32,379 nucleotides of DNA from a virus (lineage: Duplodnaviria > Heunggongvirae > Uroviricota > Caudoviricetes): the IMG/VR virus record IMGVR_UViG_3300027861_000012, positions 1-32,379 of that record. One strand, 5' to 3'. Position 1 is the stretch's first letter, and each line of letters starts with the position of its first letter. A model generated the notes under the pieces. The model did no database searches. It was not told the origin of the DNA and saw only the letters and a list, made by a program, of their open reading frames with translations. Positions 17,244-26,519 of the stretch are shown here, piece after piece. The translations under genes and the position numbers were made by a program.

Positions 17244-18205
17244 GCAACCTTTTTACCCTGGTTGAAGAACCGACTGGTACGCTTCCGTTGATGATAGCGA
17301 CCAGCGACTTCGTCCATGACATCAATGGTGCTGCCAAGCCAGCTATCAGGACCGAGTTCCCCCAGTCCGTCATCGTCATCACATGGAACAATGATGGTAG
17401 GCACACCCTCAGCATCGGGCGGTGTGGGTGTACTGAGAACGTCATCTACATTCTCGTACAGCCACAAATGGCTAGAGAGCAAATTGATGACAGCCTGAGC
17501 GTCCTCAAGGTCCCACTCCAGATTGGTAATCTTGTCATTGAGCCGATAGACTACACCACGGGCCTCATGCACGGTAGACCACAGGTAATCAATCTCAGCT
17601 TGTTTGTTGCTAATAGCCTCTGTTTGGTCAGAAACAAGCTGCACTTGATTCTCAAACTGGTAGGTCAGACGCTTCACTTCTTCTTTGAGACCCTTAGCTA
17701 GCGTCACCATTTCAGCAAGCGACTTTTCAGCGGCTGTGGCACGTTCCCCCTCGGCAATGGCAAAGGTTCCAAACCGTTCGGCTGCCAAGATGACTTCCTC
17801 ACGATTAAACTGGGCTTCTTCAGCAATACGAAGCTGTTCATCCATTGCCGTCTGGTAATCCGCCATTAGTTGCTCTGATTTCTGTTCATACTGCATCTTG
17901 AGTTCCACCCAGGCAGTTTCCAGTTCAACAGCCCTGGCCTTATTGGAATCAATCACTGCCAGGATGCGTTCCTCATCGAGAGCTTTGACAGCCTCAATAC
18001 GGGCCGTCTCGCGTTGGTTGAAGTTGTAGCCGTCGATCATCTCTTGCTGCCATGTGTCAGCTACATAACGATCATAGCACATCACTGCAAGCAGTGTGAA
18101 CACTAGACCCAACCAGAAAGCATTCCAACCTGATCCACGCAGGGGCCTCGAAATCACGTCACCGCATGTTTTTTTGACCGCAATGTCAACATCACCGATG
18201 TCCAT
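17240..18205 (-). CDS. Membrane-anchored long coiled-coil protein
   Basis: TM AFWLGLVFTLLAVM followed by about 220 aa of heptad-like E/Q/A/L-rich sequence. Confidence 0.75.
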   Translation of the reverse strand: MDIGDVDIAVKKTCGDVISRPLRGSGWNAFWLGLVFTLLAVMCYDRYVADTWQQEMIDGYNFNQRETARIEAVKALDEERILAVIDSNKARAVELETAWVELKMQYEQKSEQLMADYQTAMDEQLRIAEEAQFNREEVILAAERFGTFAIAEGERATAAEKSLAEMVTLAKGLKEEVKRLTYQFENQVQLVSDQTEAISNKQAEIDYLWSTVHEARGVVYRLNDKITNLEWDLEDAQAVINLLSSHLWLYENVDDVLSTPTPPDAEGVPTIIVPCDDDDGLGELGPDSWLGSTIDVMDEVAGRYHQRKRTSRFFNQGKKVA

Positions 18206-18229
18206 AACAAATCTCCTCAAGGGGTACAC

Positions 18230-18895
18230 TTATCGAATACGATGTGATGGCACATCGAGACGGGCTTCAGCTAGCATGAAACGAGAATAAATATCCTGGA
18301 GCAGAAGATAGACTGTAGACGGAGCCATGCTTAACAGTGCTCCAATGTCCTCGTAGGAGCACCCCTCTTCACGCATTCGCATAATGGTGTGCTCTTCGAC
18401 TGTCGCCGGGATGGAGTCCAGAAAATCACGTACTGCCAGCATATCGTTATCAGTCTCAAAGTAAGCACCTTCGGGACACGGTATGCTATGGAATTTTACC
18501 ACACCACTGTCCCCTCCCAGTTGGAATTGTTTCCTCTGTGTCTTTGCTGACCCTAGACTATGTTGCTTTGTGGCCCAATCGCCAATAGCATGAAAAGCAC
18601 AAACTCGGAGAAAAGCCGAGATGTTGTCATGCTTTTGCATAGCGGTACCGGCGGCGATTTCGTGGACTTTCTGTGTAATAATCATGATGCCTTCAGAAAT
18701 CATGTCATCATACAGATATGCTGCTGACCAGGTGGCAGCATAGTAACCTGCGATCTCTTTAGCAAGCGACCAGTGGGCAAGAATCATTTTGTTAATGGCT
18801 GACTTGTCACCCGCCCGTACCAGTGGTAACAAGGTATCAATATCGTCAGGCGACAAACGAGCAGAATCAATTTCTTGTAGTGTGGTATCAAACAT
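18230..18895 (-). CDS. Sigma-70-like RNA polymerase sigma factor
   Basis: RAGDKSAINKMILAHWSLAKEIA and DDMISEG (region 2); EGCSYEDIGALLSMAPSTV (region 4 HTH). Start refined to MFDTT. Confidence 0.82.
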   Translation of the reverse strand: MFDTTLQEIDSARLSPDDIDTLLPLVRAGDKSAINKMILAHWSLAKEIAGYYAATWSAAYLYDDMISEGIMIITQKVHEIAAGTAMQKHDNISAFLRVCAFHAIGDWATKQHSLGSAKTQRKQFQLGGDSGVVKFHSIPCPEGAYFETDNDMLAVRDFLDSIPATVEEHTIMRMREEGCSYEDIGALLSMAPSTVYLLLQDIYSRFMLAEARLDVPSHRIR

Positions 18896-18908
18896 GGTAG
18901 TTACTCCG

Positions 18909-19394
18909 TTAGTTAGCTGGTGTGATCCACCAAAAACAATCCACTCGAAAACCCGATGTCTCCAAATCCTCACCAGAAAACGCTGAGCCCATCAGACCGG
19001 CAGGGTCAAAGAAATACGAACCATTCCAAGCCATGGCATGACCATTACCAACGTGGTTGATTCCAATCACGACACCCCTTTTGCCCTTCATGATATTCAG
19101 AACGCGCTGTCTGCGTTGATCTTCTGTAAGACCCATGGTGACCAGGTAGGATTCGTTATCCGCATTGGTGCTGATGATGTTGACTTCAAACGGTGTGCAT
19201 GTGTAGCCATAGGCGGCTAGAATGATGATGCATTCGTGTGGGTTGAATCCTGCACTCTGGCCGTTCTTAAAAACCATTTCGCTACCGTCATGACGCAATA
19301 TCCCAAATATCTTTCTCACTGGGAGTTCAAGTACCATTGCAAATGCTGCTGCGACACAAGAGTATTTATTCGGACTAGCTTGAAGTTTCATCAT
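18909..19394 (-). CDS. C39-like cysteine peptidase domain protein
   Basis: LQ....SCVAAAFAMV (Gln/Cys), GHAMAW..FFDP (His/Asp). Confidence 0.65.
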   Translation of the reverse strand: MMKLQASPNKYSCVAAAFAMVLELPVRKIFGILRHDGSEMVFKNGQSAGFNPHECIIILAAYGYTCTPFEVNIISTNADNESYLVTMGLTEDQRRQRVLNIMKGKRGVVIGINHVGNGHAMAWNGSYFFDPAGLMGSAFSGEDLETSGFRVDCFWWITPAN

Positions 19395-19804
19395 CAGTCT
19401 TCTACTGTAGGAGTGATCGTCATCTCGTCGATGATTTCGTTCAGTTCGGCCATCTCGTCGTCCCACGCTGGGTTCCAATAGTCCCGCATGTTTGGCGGTT
19501 GAAACAGACGGTCATATTGCTCCACGGTGGCCGCAGTGATGATCCAAATTCCAACACCATGTTTCTCCCAAAGAGGCCACTTACGACGTTGGGCTTTTGT
19601 GAACACATAGTGCCCTTCAACCTTGACATCAATCCAGCGGTCACCATACTTTTTGTGCGCCACATACAAGTCAGGAATACCACGTTGAAACATATTTCCA
19701 ACCATACGTTCAACCAACCACTGGCGTGCCTCAAGGAAGTCAACCAGGTCGCGTTGAATATAGTATTCAGGTCCATGGGAAATATGCTTGCGAGGTTTCT
19801 TCAT
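19394..19804 (-). CDS. VRR-NUC-like PD-(D/E)xK nuclease
   Basis: EYYIQ, GIPDL, WIDVK, KAQ. Confidence 0.8.
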   Translation of the reverse strand: MKKPRKHISHGPEYYIQRDLVDFLEARQWLVERMVGNMFQRGIPDLYVAHKKYGDRWIDVKVEGHYVFTKAQRRKWPLWEKHGVGIWIITAATVEQYDRLFQPPNMRDYWNPAWDDEMAELNEIIDEMTITPTVED

Positions 19805-19974
19805 GCTTGAACTGGTACTTCCACACCTTCAATGACTTCCAAGGCAGAGAATAACCCTTTGATGGATTTTGTCCGCCAGTCTTTGATCTTGCGCTGGCAA
19901 GCCAAAGCACGAATCTGTGGTTCCGTGAGAGTACGGAACCAAATACAACGTCGAGTTGGGGTCTCAAGTGGCAT
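19801..19974 (-). CDS. Hypothetical protein (57 aa)
   Basis: Hand-translated MPLETPTRRCIWFRTLTEPQIRALAC...VQA, with an ATGA overlap onto the next gene. Preferred over track ORF 19767..19967. Confidence 0.55.
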   Translation of the reverse strand: MPLETPTRRCIWFRTLTEPQIRALACQRKIKDWRTKSIKGLFSALEVIEGVEVPVQA

Positions 19975-22654
19975 TAGCAGTCTCCATTGGTGGCGGGACG
20001 TAGTTGTCGGGTTTCATAATGGATCGAAGATGTTTCTCTTCAGCACCAGTCATGTTGATCTTGATTATCGCCAGATGTTTTCCAAGTGTAACCTTCAGGG
20101 CTGTCTCGAAGTCTTGTGACTGTCGATGATAGACTGCCATGACTTCCTCATTATCTTGTTCCTTGGGTTTCTTTGGTTTCTTCACGTCATTCTCGGCGAG
20201 TTCACTCAGGGCAAGTTCCTTGGCTTTGTCTTTCAGATATTCATCATAGGTGGGCATCAACGCTAAGGGTCTAATGAGTTCGGTATCCGAGCCACCCTTC
20301 TTCTCTGCCCAGTTAGCCTGCACTTTGTTCCAAGTCATCCCGATCAATGAGACATGCTTCCGATAGGACTCAGTAACCTGGCGCACCGCAGCCGCCACAG
20401 GGTCTACGTAATCGGGATGGGTGACACACATAACTTCGTCATGGATATTCATCGGAGCCACCATTAGATCATGGATGCCCGTTGGCTGGAGGTCCCAGAT
20501 AGCTCGTTGAACATCCTTAGTGATCATGGCACCAGGGGATTGAATCAAGTGATTGGATGCAGCCCTGGTATTAGCAGCTTGAATCTGGAATGCTGCCCCA
20601 TATAGTGCTGAGGAAGCTGCCCCGCCTGCTGTTTGCACACCACGAGCCTCATTGCGTATCACATTCATTTTGACGTTACGCCATTCCTTTGGTACGCCTT
20701 GTGCCAACTTGAACAGTGCTTTGATGACTTCATTTTCGAGTGAGAAGTATCGACGGAACCCTAAGAATGTCTCACAGTAGTCATCCGGGTCTTTCCAGAC
20801 GACTTGTGTTCCTATACCCTTGGGTTGGGACATGGCGCAAAAAGACTCCTGCACTGCTTCGCGTGCTGTCTTGACACCTGGGAACCGTTTATCAAACCCG
20901 TTGAAAGCCGCTTCCCCGATATCAAGCGGGATGCCGCTGTTCTGATACAATGTGTTATGGTCGCCGCCGTACAGCATAGCAAAAATCGCCGACTTACCGG
21001 GACCATACATGTCCTCTTTGGTTCCATCCGATGCCAGGATGTCTTCATACGAGTTGCCTGGAAAAATCTCCATAGCAAACATCGCGTGAATCTTTCGGCC
21101 TTCTAACAAAACCTGATGCAGTGCCGGGTCCTTGAATACAGCATCGGCAATTGTAACCTCGAATGAATCAAAGTCACCACCGCACAAGACGTTATCGCCC
21201 TCAGTGAGTGGGAACATACAACGTACTGCTTTGTCATGCTTGATACCTTGAGCATTAAGACCATCGCCGCCTGACATACGAGAACTCAATGTACCAATGA
21301 CTTTGAAACTGGCATGGAATCTACCAGCTTTCAAAAGCTTGGCATAAAGTTCGACTTCCTTAGCGGCAATCTTGGCGTCCAGAATCTCTTGAGCACGTAC
21401 CGCTGCTGGATGCAACCCGGCCTTGAGTGTTCCGGCACCGCCGCAGCACTCGCATGGTTGCTGTGTTTCCAGGTTGACACCCATACCCATACACATGAAA
21501 CAAGCTTCGCCCTCATCACATTTCATCTGGGCAACAATTTCTTTGAGTACCTTTTTCTTTGTGCTCTTATCCAACGGCACCGCTTGCACATCAGTCATCA
21601 CCGCACGAATATATTTGCGGACTGCGGAGGGCTTGTTGATATTCACAGGTGAGTGGGAGAGCACATTAGCAGCATTTGCCATCAGCTTACGGATACCTGG
21701 AATGTTGATCTTGAAACCACGCCAACGTACCACGGCCACCATGCACGCCAGTTCGCTGTCGTTATCGCCTGGTTCTGGTGAGTCAAAGTGGTAATAAAGA
21801 TCGCGGGTGTAGACAACATCATCTGTTGCGTATTCACGCGCCATCTCATGGTTGTGCCAATGATCAATGTGCCGTTGAATCAAAGCAGGCCAAGCGTATC
21901 CCTTGAGTGTCCCGTCCGGAGCATGAACTTCCCAACCCTTCTCGGCACTGGAGAGCGCTGATGCGTATGGAGCATAGCCAAGCTCAACGGGGCGGTACTT
22001 CTTATCAAGCTCGATGTCCGAGAAATGAGCCTTGGGTTTCTTCCCCAAGGCATACTCGGCTAGAAACTTCAAACCACCAGCAGGGTTGAACTTGAGAACG
22101 ACATCTTTGAGGCAGGGGTCTACCAGTCCAGACTTTTTGTCCATGACATCAAAGACCTTCCAACGTGGCCCTGATTTGTCCTTGGTCCTGGCAAACATGA
22201 TGTCATCAAACTTGACTCGATTTTCGAGTTCCAAGGCCATGGCATAAGCTAGTGGGGTGGGGACCCGCCGGATACGAATGTCCTTCCTTGACATCAGTTT
22301 TTGGTATGGCCCTCTGCGAGAATGCAAAAGAAGGTCACAGGCTGCTTTAGGCTTCAGGCCCTTTCCAAAGCAACCCTCTGACTCACGGGCAGCAATCTCT
22401 TCGATATGTTCCTCTGGAATCCAATCCTTTGGAAACAGAGAGAAAATGGTGTAGGTCTTGGCCAGTTGGAACCAGTCGAATACGAGATTGAATCCACAAA
22501 TCTCATTGTTGACAATGAATTCAATCAGTGCCAGAGTTTCATGGATGGGCCGCTTCCATACCTCATATAGGTGGATCGGGCCATCATCTTCGGCCCATTG
22601 GAGCAGCACCATTTGACCGTGCAGACCGCACGTCTCAGTATCGAAAAAGATCAT
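19964..22654 (-). CDS. polA: Family A DNA polymerase with 3'-5' exonuclease and zinc-finger insert
   Basis: FFDTETCG (ExoI), GFNLVFD (ExoII), YATDDV (ExoIII), GTLSSRMS, GDFDSFEV (motif A), KSAIFAMLYG (motif B, Phe at the 762-equivalent), NIHDEV (motif C). Confidence 0.95.
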   Translation of the reverse strand: MIFFDTETCGLHGQMVLLQWAEDDGPIHLYEVWKRPIHETLALIEFIVNNEICGFNLVFDWFQLAKTYTIFSLFPKDWIPEEHIEEIAARESEGCFGKGLKPKAACDLLLHSRRGPYQKLMSRKDIRIRRVPTPLAYAMALELENRVKFDDIMFARTKDKSGPRWKVFDVMDKKSGLVDPCLKDVVLKFNPAGGLKFLAEYALGKKPKAHFSDIELDKKYRPVELGYAPYASALSSAEKGWEVHAPDGTLKGYAWPALIQRHIDHWHNHEMAREYATDDVVYTRDLYYHFDSPEPGDNDSELACMVAVVRWRGFKINIPGIRKLMANAANVLSHSPVNINKPSAVRKYIRAVMTDVQAVPLDKSTKKKVLKEIVAQMKCDEGEACFMCMGMGVNLETQQPCECCGGAGTLKAGLHPAAVRAQEILDAKIAAKEVELYAKLLKAGRFHASFKVIGTLSSRMSGGDGLNAQGIKHDKAVRCMFPLTEGDNVLCGGDFDSFEVTIADAVFKDPALHQVLLEGRKIHAMFAMEIFPGNSYEDILASDGTKEDMYGPGKSAIFAMLYGGDHNTLYQNSGIPLDIGEAAFNGFDKRFPGVKTAREAVQESFCAMSQPKGIGTQVVWKDPDDYCETFLGFRRYFSLENEVIKALFKLAQGVPKEWRNVKMNVIRNEARGVQTAGGAASSALYGAAFQIQAANTRAASNHLIQSPGAMITKDVQRAIWDLQPTGIHDLMVAPMNIHDEVMCVTHPDYVDPVAAAVRQVTESYRKHVSLIGMTWNKVQANWAEKKGGSDTELIRPLALMPTYDEYLKDKAKELALSELAENDVKKPKKPKEQDNEEVMAVYHRQSQDFETALKVTLGKHLAIIKINMTGAEEKHLRSIMKPDNYVPPPMETANAT

Positions 22655-22701
22655 TGGGAGCCAGTATAAGGGGATACAACTACTTCAACCGTTATATCTC
22701 T

Positions 22702-22730
22702 ATTATACCAAGCCACCAAAGGGGTGTCAA
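22702..22730 (-). promoter_or_regulatory. Consensus sigma-70 promoter upstream of polA
   Basis: TTGACA-N17-TATAAT, with TGG immediately before the -10. Confidence 0.9.
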
Positions 22731-23551
22731 GGGGCTTTCCCAGAACGTCCAGACATGTCGGCTCGCAGTTCCTCTGTAGGGAGGGACTTAACCACCCATG
22801 CGAGGGCCCTAGCCGCTGTTACAGGGAAGGGGGCCGTCATTACGTCGGCAATCATCTCTTGGATCTCATGTTTACGGCGTAGCCCGAAACCCTGCTCTGC
22901 ACATTGGATAGAATGGACGGTCTCGCCCGCAGCTTTTCGTTCTTGGAGCACCTGAAAGAAATCATCTGGCCGGTTTTGCACGATGAACAATGTAATGTCA
23001 CTATACGTGACGGCACCCGCCGCAGCGGCCTGTTGTATGTCTTCCGGTAGCTTTAGAAGCTCCAGTCGTGCTTCAACCCACCGACGCCCACGATTCAACT
23101 TGGCCCGGATGTATGCTATCGTTTTGCCATTGAAAACCTGCCCGATTGCCAGCGCCTCCTCGTACAGATTCAAATCTTGGCGATCCAAGTTTTCAACGAG
23201 ATTCAACAAACGAGCCGCTTGCTCTGACAGCCCTTCGCGGATAAGGGCAGGAATTGCTCGCCAATGCAGGATATTAGCACAGGCGAGGAATCGACGATGA
23301 CCAGCAATGATGCGCCATCTGAATGGGGGGTCAATTCCCTTAGCCACGTCACATGCTGGTTGGACCACGATAGGTGATTCCAAACGCGAAGTATCGATGC
23401 TGTGAGCAAGATCATTCACAGTATTGAGGGGTATTGCCGACCGACAATTGAAATCGTTGTCCAGGTAGATTTCGTCTATCGGGATTTCGTAGACAGTATA
23501 GCCAAGAGCTTGTTGCATGTTAGGACATCCCGGACATGTTTCCCTGCACAC
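22727..23551 (-). CDS. ParB/Srx-family protein with HTH
   Basis: LAHSI...LESPIVV, IIAGHRRF, NLVENLDRQDLNLYEEA, HTH-like IAYIRAKLNRGRRWV. Start may be 23518. Confidence 0.88.
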   Translation of the reverse strand: MCRETCPGCPNMQQALGYTVYEIPIDEIYLDNDFNCRSAIPLNTVNDLAHSIDTSRLESPIVVQPACDVAKGIDPPFRWRIIAGHRRFLACANILHWRAIPALIREGLSEQAARLLNLVENLDRQDLNLYEEALAIGQVFNGKTIAYIRAKLNRGRRWVEARLELLKLPEDIQQAAAAGAVTYSDITLFIVQNRPDDFFQVLQERKAAGETVHSIQCAEQGFGLRRKHEIQEMIADVMTAPFPVTAARALAWVVKSLPTEELRADMSGRSGKAP

Positions 23552-23789
23552 TATTCCCAGTGCGACGGACCCATTCCACTTTCACCGGATGTGTGGCATC
23601 CAGCGAATTTCGATGGATGCTCAAAAGTACGTTCGGAGCATGGATCATAATTTCCAGGGCGGCATCTGCCAACCATTGCGGGCTACGCCGGAACACCATG
23701 CAACATGCTTTGAACAACGTCGGGGTTCGATATTCCCCAGTTTGACGCACGTATTTCACAACGATCTTCTCTGCTTGTCTCAATCTCAT
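23520..23789 (-). CDS. Hypothetical protein
   Basis: 89-aa ORF in the operon. Confidence 0.65.
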   Translation of the reverse strand: MRLRQAEKIVVKYVRQTGEYRTPTLFKACCMVFRRSPQWLADAALEIMIHAPNVLLSIHRNSLDATHPVKVEWVRRTGNSVQGNMSGMS

Positions 23790-24136
23790 CAGTCATCTCC
23801 CATCTCGTCAAATATCCATTCGTGTAGGTGGTCCTCATTCTCTTCCATCCATACCCAAACAGTATGCAACAAAAGGGCCAACCAGCCTGAGTCCAAATCT
23901 TCACCATCTACATGGTACGCTGTTTCCCCATCCCTGGTGTAACCCTCAATCGACCGGATGAGGACATCCGTGAATTCGATCTCAGGAGGCGATCCGGGGT
24001 AGCCTGACCCATCGGGGTAGTACATGACCATTTCTTCGCCTGGGCTGTAGTCGTACTCGACTTCAACCTCAAGAAGCTTCCAAGCCTTGGTGCCGGTCCC
24101 CAGTTCGATTTCAAATTCGATGCTACCGCTGCTCAT
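23789..24136 (-). CDS. Acidic hypothetical protein
   Basis: 115-aa ORF; YPDGSGYPGSPPEIE. Confidence 0.75.
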   Translation of the reverse strand: MSSGSIEFEIELGTGTKAWKLLEVEVEYDYSPGEEMVMYYPDGSGYPGSPPEIEFTDVLIRSIEGYTRDGETAYHVDGEDLDSGWLALLLHTVWVWMEENEDHLHEWIFDEMGDD

Positions 24137-24417
24137 TCTGGTAGTCCCTCTTCAAGATCGGTCCAAGCCTCAGTGTCATCAACGGGGGTGGCTGGCGGCA
24201 CAGGGATCTCCAGATCATTGCCAGCCGGTACATCATGGATACGAATGGTGACCGGATACTCGGTGCCGTCCCCAAGAGTCAAGAGACCCACTGTCTCTAT
24301 GTCTTGGACCTCTCGTTCAGTGGGGTGAAAACGACTCATGCATCGAGCCCATGCAATCAGTTGCACTCGTTCCTCGAAAATCCTGCGGGCTTCGGCAGGC
24401 GGGTTATCAAATCCCAT
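24133..24417 (-). CDS. Hypothetical protein
   Basis: Start refined to MGFDNP; the upstream part of the track ORF is occupied by another gene and a promoter. Confidence 0.6.
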   Translation of the reverse strand: MGFDNPPAEARRIFEERVQLIAWARCMSRFHPTEREVQDIETVGLLTLGDGTEYPVTIRIHDVPAGNDLEIPVPPATPVDDTEAWTDLEEGLPE

Positions 24418-24547
24418 CTTCTTCAAGCTCCTTGGTAATGAGGGCTTCCAATTCGTCCAGTGTAAACCCCTCGGGGTCACAGAACTCCTCAGCAGCCTCG
24501 TGTGTTTGATCTGGTTCAGCAGCAACAACGCGATACGGATCGACCAT
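24407..24547 (-). CDS. Small acidic protein (46 aa)
   Basis: GGAGG RBS, then MVDPYRVVAAEPDQTHEAAEEFCDPEGFTLDELEALITKELEEDGI. Confidence 0.7.
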   Translation of the reverse strand: MVDPYRVVAAEPDQTHEAAEEFCDPEGFTLDELEALITKELEEDGI

Positions 24548-24566
24548 TGGTTGGTCCTCCTACTAA

Positions 24567-24594
24567 AACATACCACACTTTCAGGTATTGTCAA
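24567..24594 (-). promoter_or_regulatory. Sigma-70-like promoter
   Basis: TTGACA-N16-TATGTT with TGG extension, directly upstream of the GGAGG RBS. Confidence 0.65.
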
Positions 24595-24796
24595 GCCACA
24601 ACCGTTCGATTTCAGGCATAATCTTGTCCCGCTTCGCCCGATCAATAGCTTTAACCCTGGTAACCTCCCCAGGTGGGAAATCATCGGTAAATGCTTCCAA
24701 CCCATCAAGGAGAGTCCGAAAGGTCACTTCCACCGAGACAATTCGCCGTGGGAGCCAGGTTTCGTCTCGCTGAATCTCAATCAAGTAGTATGCCAT
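24581..24796 (-). CDS. Hypothetical protein
   Basis: Likely start MAYYLI. Confidence 0.6.
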   Translation of the reverse strand: MAYYLIEIQRDETWLPRRIVSVEVTFRTLLDGLEAFTDDFPPGEVTRVKAIDRAKRDKIMPEIERLWLDNT

Positions 24797-25160
24797 CAGG
24801 TCCGTCCAAAACAACAATGATTCGTGCCGACACGCCATCTTCTATGGGAATGTAACCCACAGCATGGAGTTGACCGTCTCTACCATGCGTCCAAGTCTGG
24901 ATACGAAATGCCGACCCTAATTGTTGCCGCAGAACCTGTGCTGCATCTGTTGTTCCTGCCCAATACTTCACGACAAACCCCGCACTGGAGGCCGGGAGAA
25001 TATCATGGGGTATGGCAACATCCAATGGCATTGGCCAATACGGCAACACCTCCAAGAAAGATTGCCCCGCCGCTGTCCATTGTGACGCTTGTTTGAAACA
25101 ACTCTTCGCGTGATCTAACATCACTGCAAAGGTATCTTTGTCAAGTGCAGTTTGGCTCAT
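24777..25160 (-). CDS. Hypothetical protein
   Basis: Start MSQTAL after GAGG RBS. Confidence 0.6.
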   Translation of the reverse strand: MSQTALDKDTFAVMLDHAKSCFKQASQWTAAGQSFLEVLPYWPMPLDVAIPHDILPASSAGFVVKYWAGTTDAAQVLRQQLGSAFRIQTWTHGRDGQLHAVGYIPIEDGVSARIIVVLDGPDGILLD

Positions 25161-25485
25161 TGGTATTCCTCTCAAAAACAAGTGTTCGCATGTCTTCCAA
25201 ATGGGCTTTCATCGCCCGTACTGTATCGCTGTGGTCGCGTGACTCAGCGGGGCGTACCCCTGCATCCCATAGTGTGTCCATGAGTACCTGAGCTTCCTGG
25301 TCATCCAAGACAAAGGCTGGCGGTGTGTAGTTCCCCTGGCACTCATCTCTTGGTTTTGTTTCAAGGGTGACATTGGTAACTATCATCTCAGGACAGTCGG
25401 CTTTGCCAGTCAAGATGTAGATGCAAGTCGCCTGCTGTGCCATGTCATACTGGGCATAGAAACGTGTATTCAGTCGGTTAAACAT
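25141..25485 (-). CDS. Hypothetical protein
   Basis: 114-aa ORF with AGGAG RBS. Confidence 0.7.
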   Translation of the reverse strand: MFNRLNTRFYAQYDMAQQATCIYILTGKADCPEMIVTNVTLETKPRDECQGNYTPPAFVLDDQEAQVLMDTLWDAGVRPAESRDHSDTVRAMKAHLEDMRTLVFERNTNEPNCT

Positions 25486-25503
25486 CAGGAAACTCCTGTA
25501 TCA

Positions 25504-25800
25504 TTATTGGGCCACACATAACTCGCTGTACCGGCAATAACGGTCATGGATTTTACACCAGTCTCGTGACATGGGGTCATCAGTTACGGTACGATTTTGA
25601 CAACTGATTTGTCCGCTGTAGTCTGTCTCGAATTCAGTAGCCTTCATGGACTTGGGTATGTATGGTCGGTTCTCTCGGCAACCGTCTTTCCAATTGGCCA
25701 CAGGTTCAATGTTCTCGCCATGTTGACCACAACTGTAACAGATCCATCCGTCTTCAACGATGGTAACCGGTCGATTGCAATGCCAACATAAAAGGATCAT
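25504..25800 (-). CDS. Cys-rich zinc-finger-like protein
   Basis: CWHC..CYSC..C..C..C..C; ATGA overlap with the Thg1-like gene. Confidence 0.65.
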   Translation of the reverse strand: MILLCWHCNRPVTIVEDGWICYSCGQHGENIEPVANWKDGCRENRPYIPKSMKATEFETDYSGQISCQNRTVTDDPMSRDWCKIHDRYCRYSELCVAQ

Positions 25801-26519
25801 AGCGGCATCACCCTTTCCCAACGGTTGCTAATCTCTCCAAAGCCAGGCAGCACAGCTTCATTGATCTCGATCCCAGATTTGCCAATACCCCAGTCTGATT
25901 TTTTCAAAAGGAAAGTACCATTCTTGGCAACATCATCAAGGTGTGCCCAATTGACACCCTCGTTGTGCAACATCTCATGCATATCGGCTTGAGTCTTTTT
26001 GTGTAGCTGCTTGTGGGAGAAGTGGGCTCCGGCAAGCATCTGCACCGAGTTACGCTTCCAGTCGAGTGCCCGAGCCAGGAAGTAGTTGACTACTTCATCC
26101 TCTGGGATATTGAAAGCACGCGCATCAAAGACCGCCGGGGTCGTTATGCCCATGAGACGCATGTTGCGACCGAAATTTGCAGTCATCAGGGCTGCGGAGA
26201 TGCTCTCCACCTTGTTCTGCACATAACCGAACCAAGCATCCGTATCCAGGTTGTCATAGTCTGTGAGAACAAAACTGGCTTCATCGCTCTGAACATAGCC
26301 CATCTTGAAACCCTGCATCTCGTTGGCTACCCCGATGGCTGCACCTTGCATGGATTCAATGAGCTTGTAATCAAACGGCTTCTTGAACCCATGTTGTTTA
26401 GTGAATGTGTGAAACGCTCGGCCATCGACGCGCACAATCACAGGGGTGCGGCGAGTAAGGAACCGGCGAGCCGGTAACTCGTAGTTACGCTTCATGCGGT
26501 CCATGATGGATTCACTCAT
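25797..26519 (-). CDS. thg1: tRNA(His) guanylyltransferase Thg1-like protein (3'-5' nucleotidyltransferase)
   Basis: IVRVDGRAFHTFT, GYVQSDEASF, FDAR, VNYFLAR..D..RNS; GGAGG RBS. Confidence 0.93.
   Translation of the reverse strand: MSESIMDRMKRNYELPARRFLTRRTPVIVRVDGRAFHTFTKQHGFKKPFDYKLIESMQGAAIGVANEMQGFKMGYVQSDEASFVLTDYDNLDTDAWFGYVQNKVESISAALMTANFGRNMRLMGITTPAVFDARAFNIPEDEVVNYFLARALDWKRNSVQMLAGAHFSHKQLHKKTQADMHEMLHNEGVNWAHLDDVAKNGTFLLKKSDWGIGKSGIEINEAVLPGFGEISNRWERVMPL

Noticed and set aside
13679-22654. 2-aminoadenine (Z) genome pathway, suggested by PolA, HD proteins and purine enzymes
   Set aside because: No PurZ/PurA-like or MazZ gene is in the window, the HD proteins look RelA/SpoT-like and DUF5662-like, and a canonical DPPY amino-methyltransferase is present. 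Not excluded for the rest of the genome.
19964-22654. Intein or intron in the long polymerase
   Set aside because: The ORF is continuous, with no C/S...HN-C/S/T splice junctions or LAGLIDADG blocks; the extra length is explained by small inserts.
25110-25144. TTGACA near 25139-25144 as a fourth promoter
   Set aside because: No convincing -10 at 16-18 bp spacing, and it lies within coding sequence.
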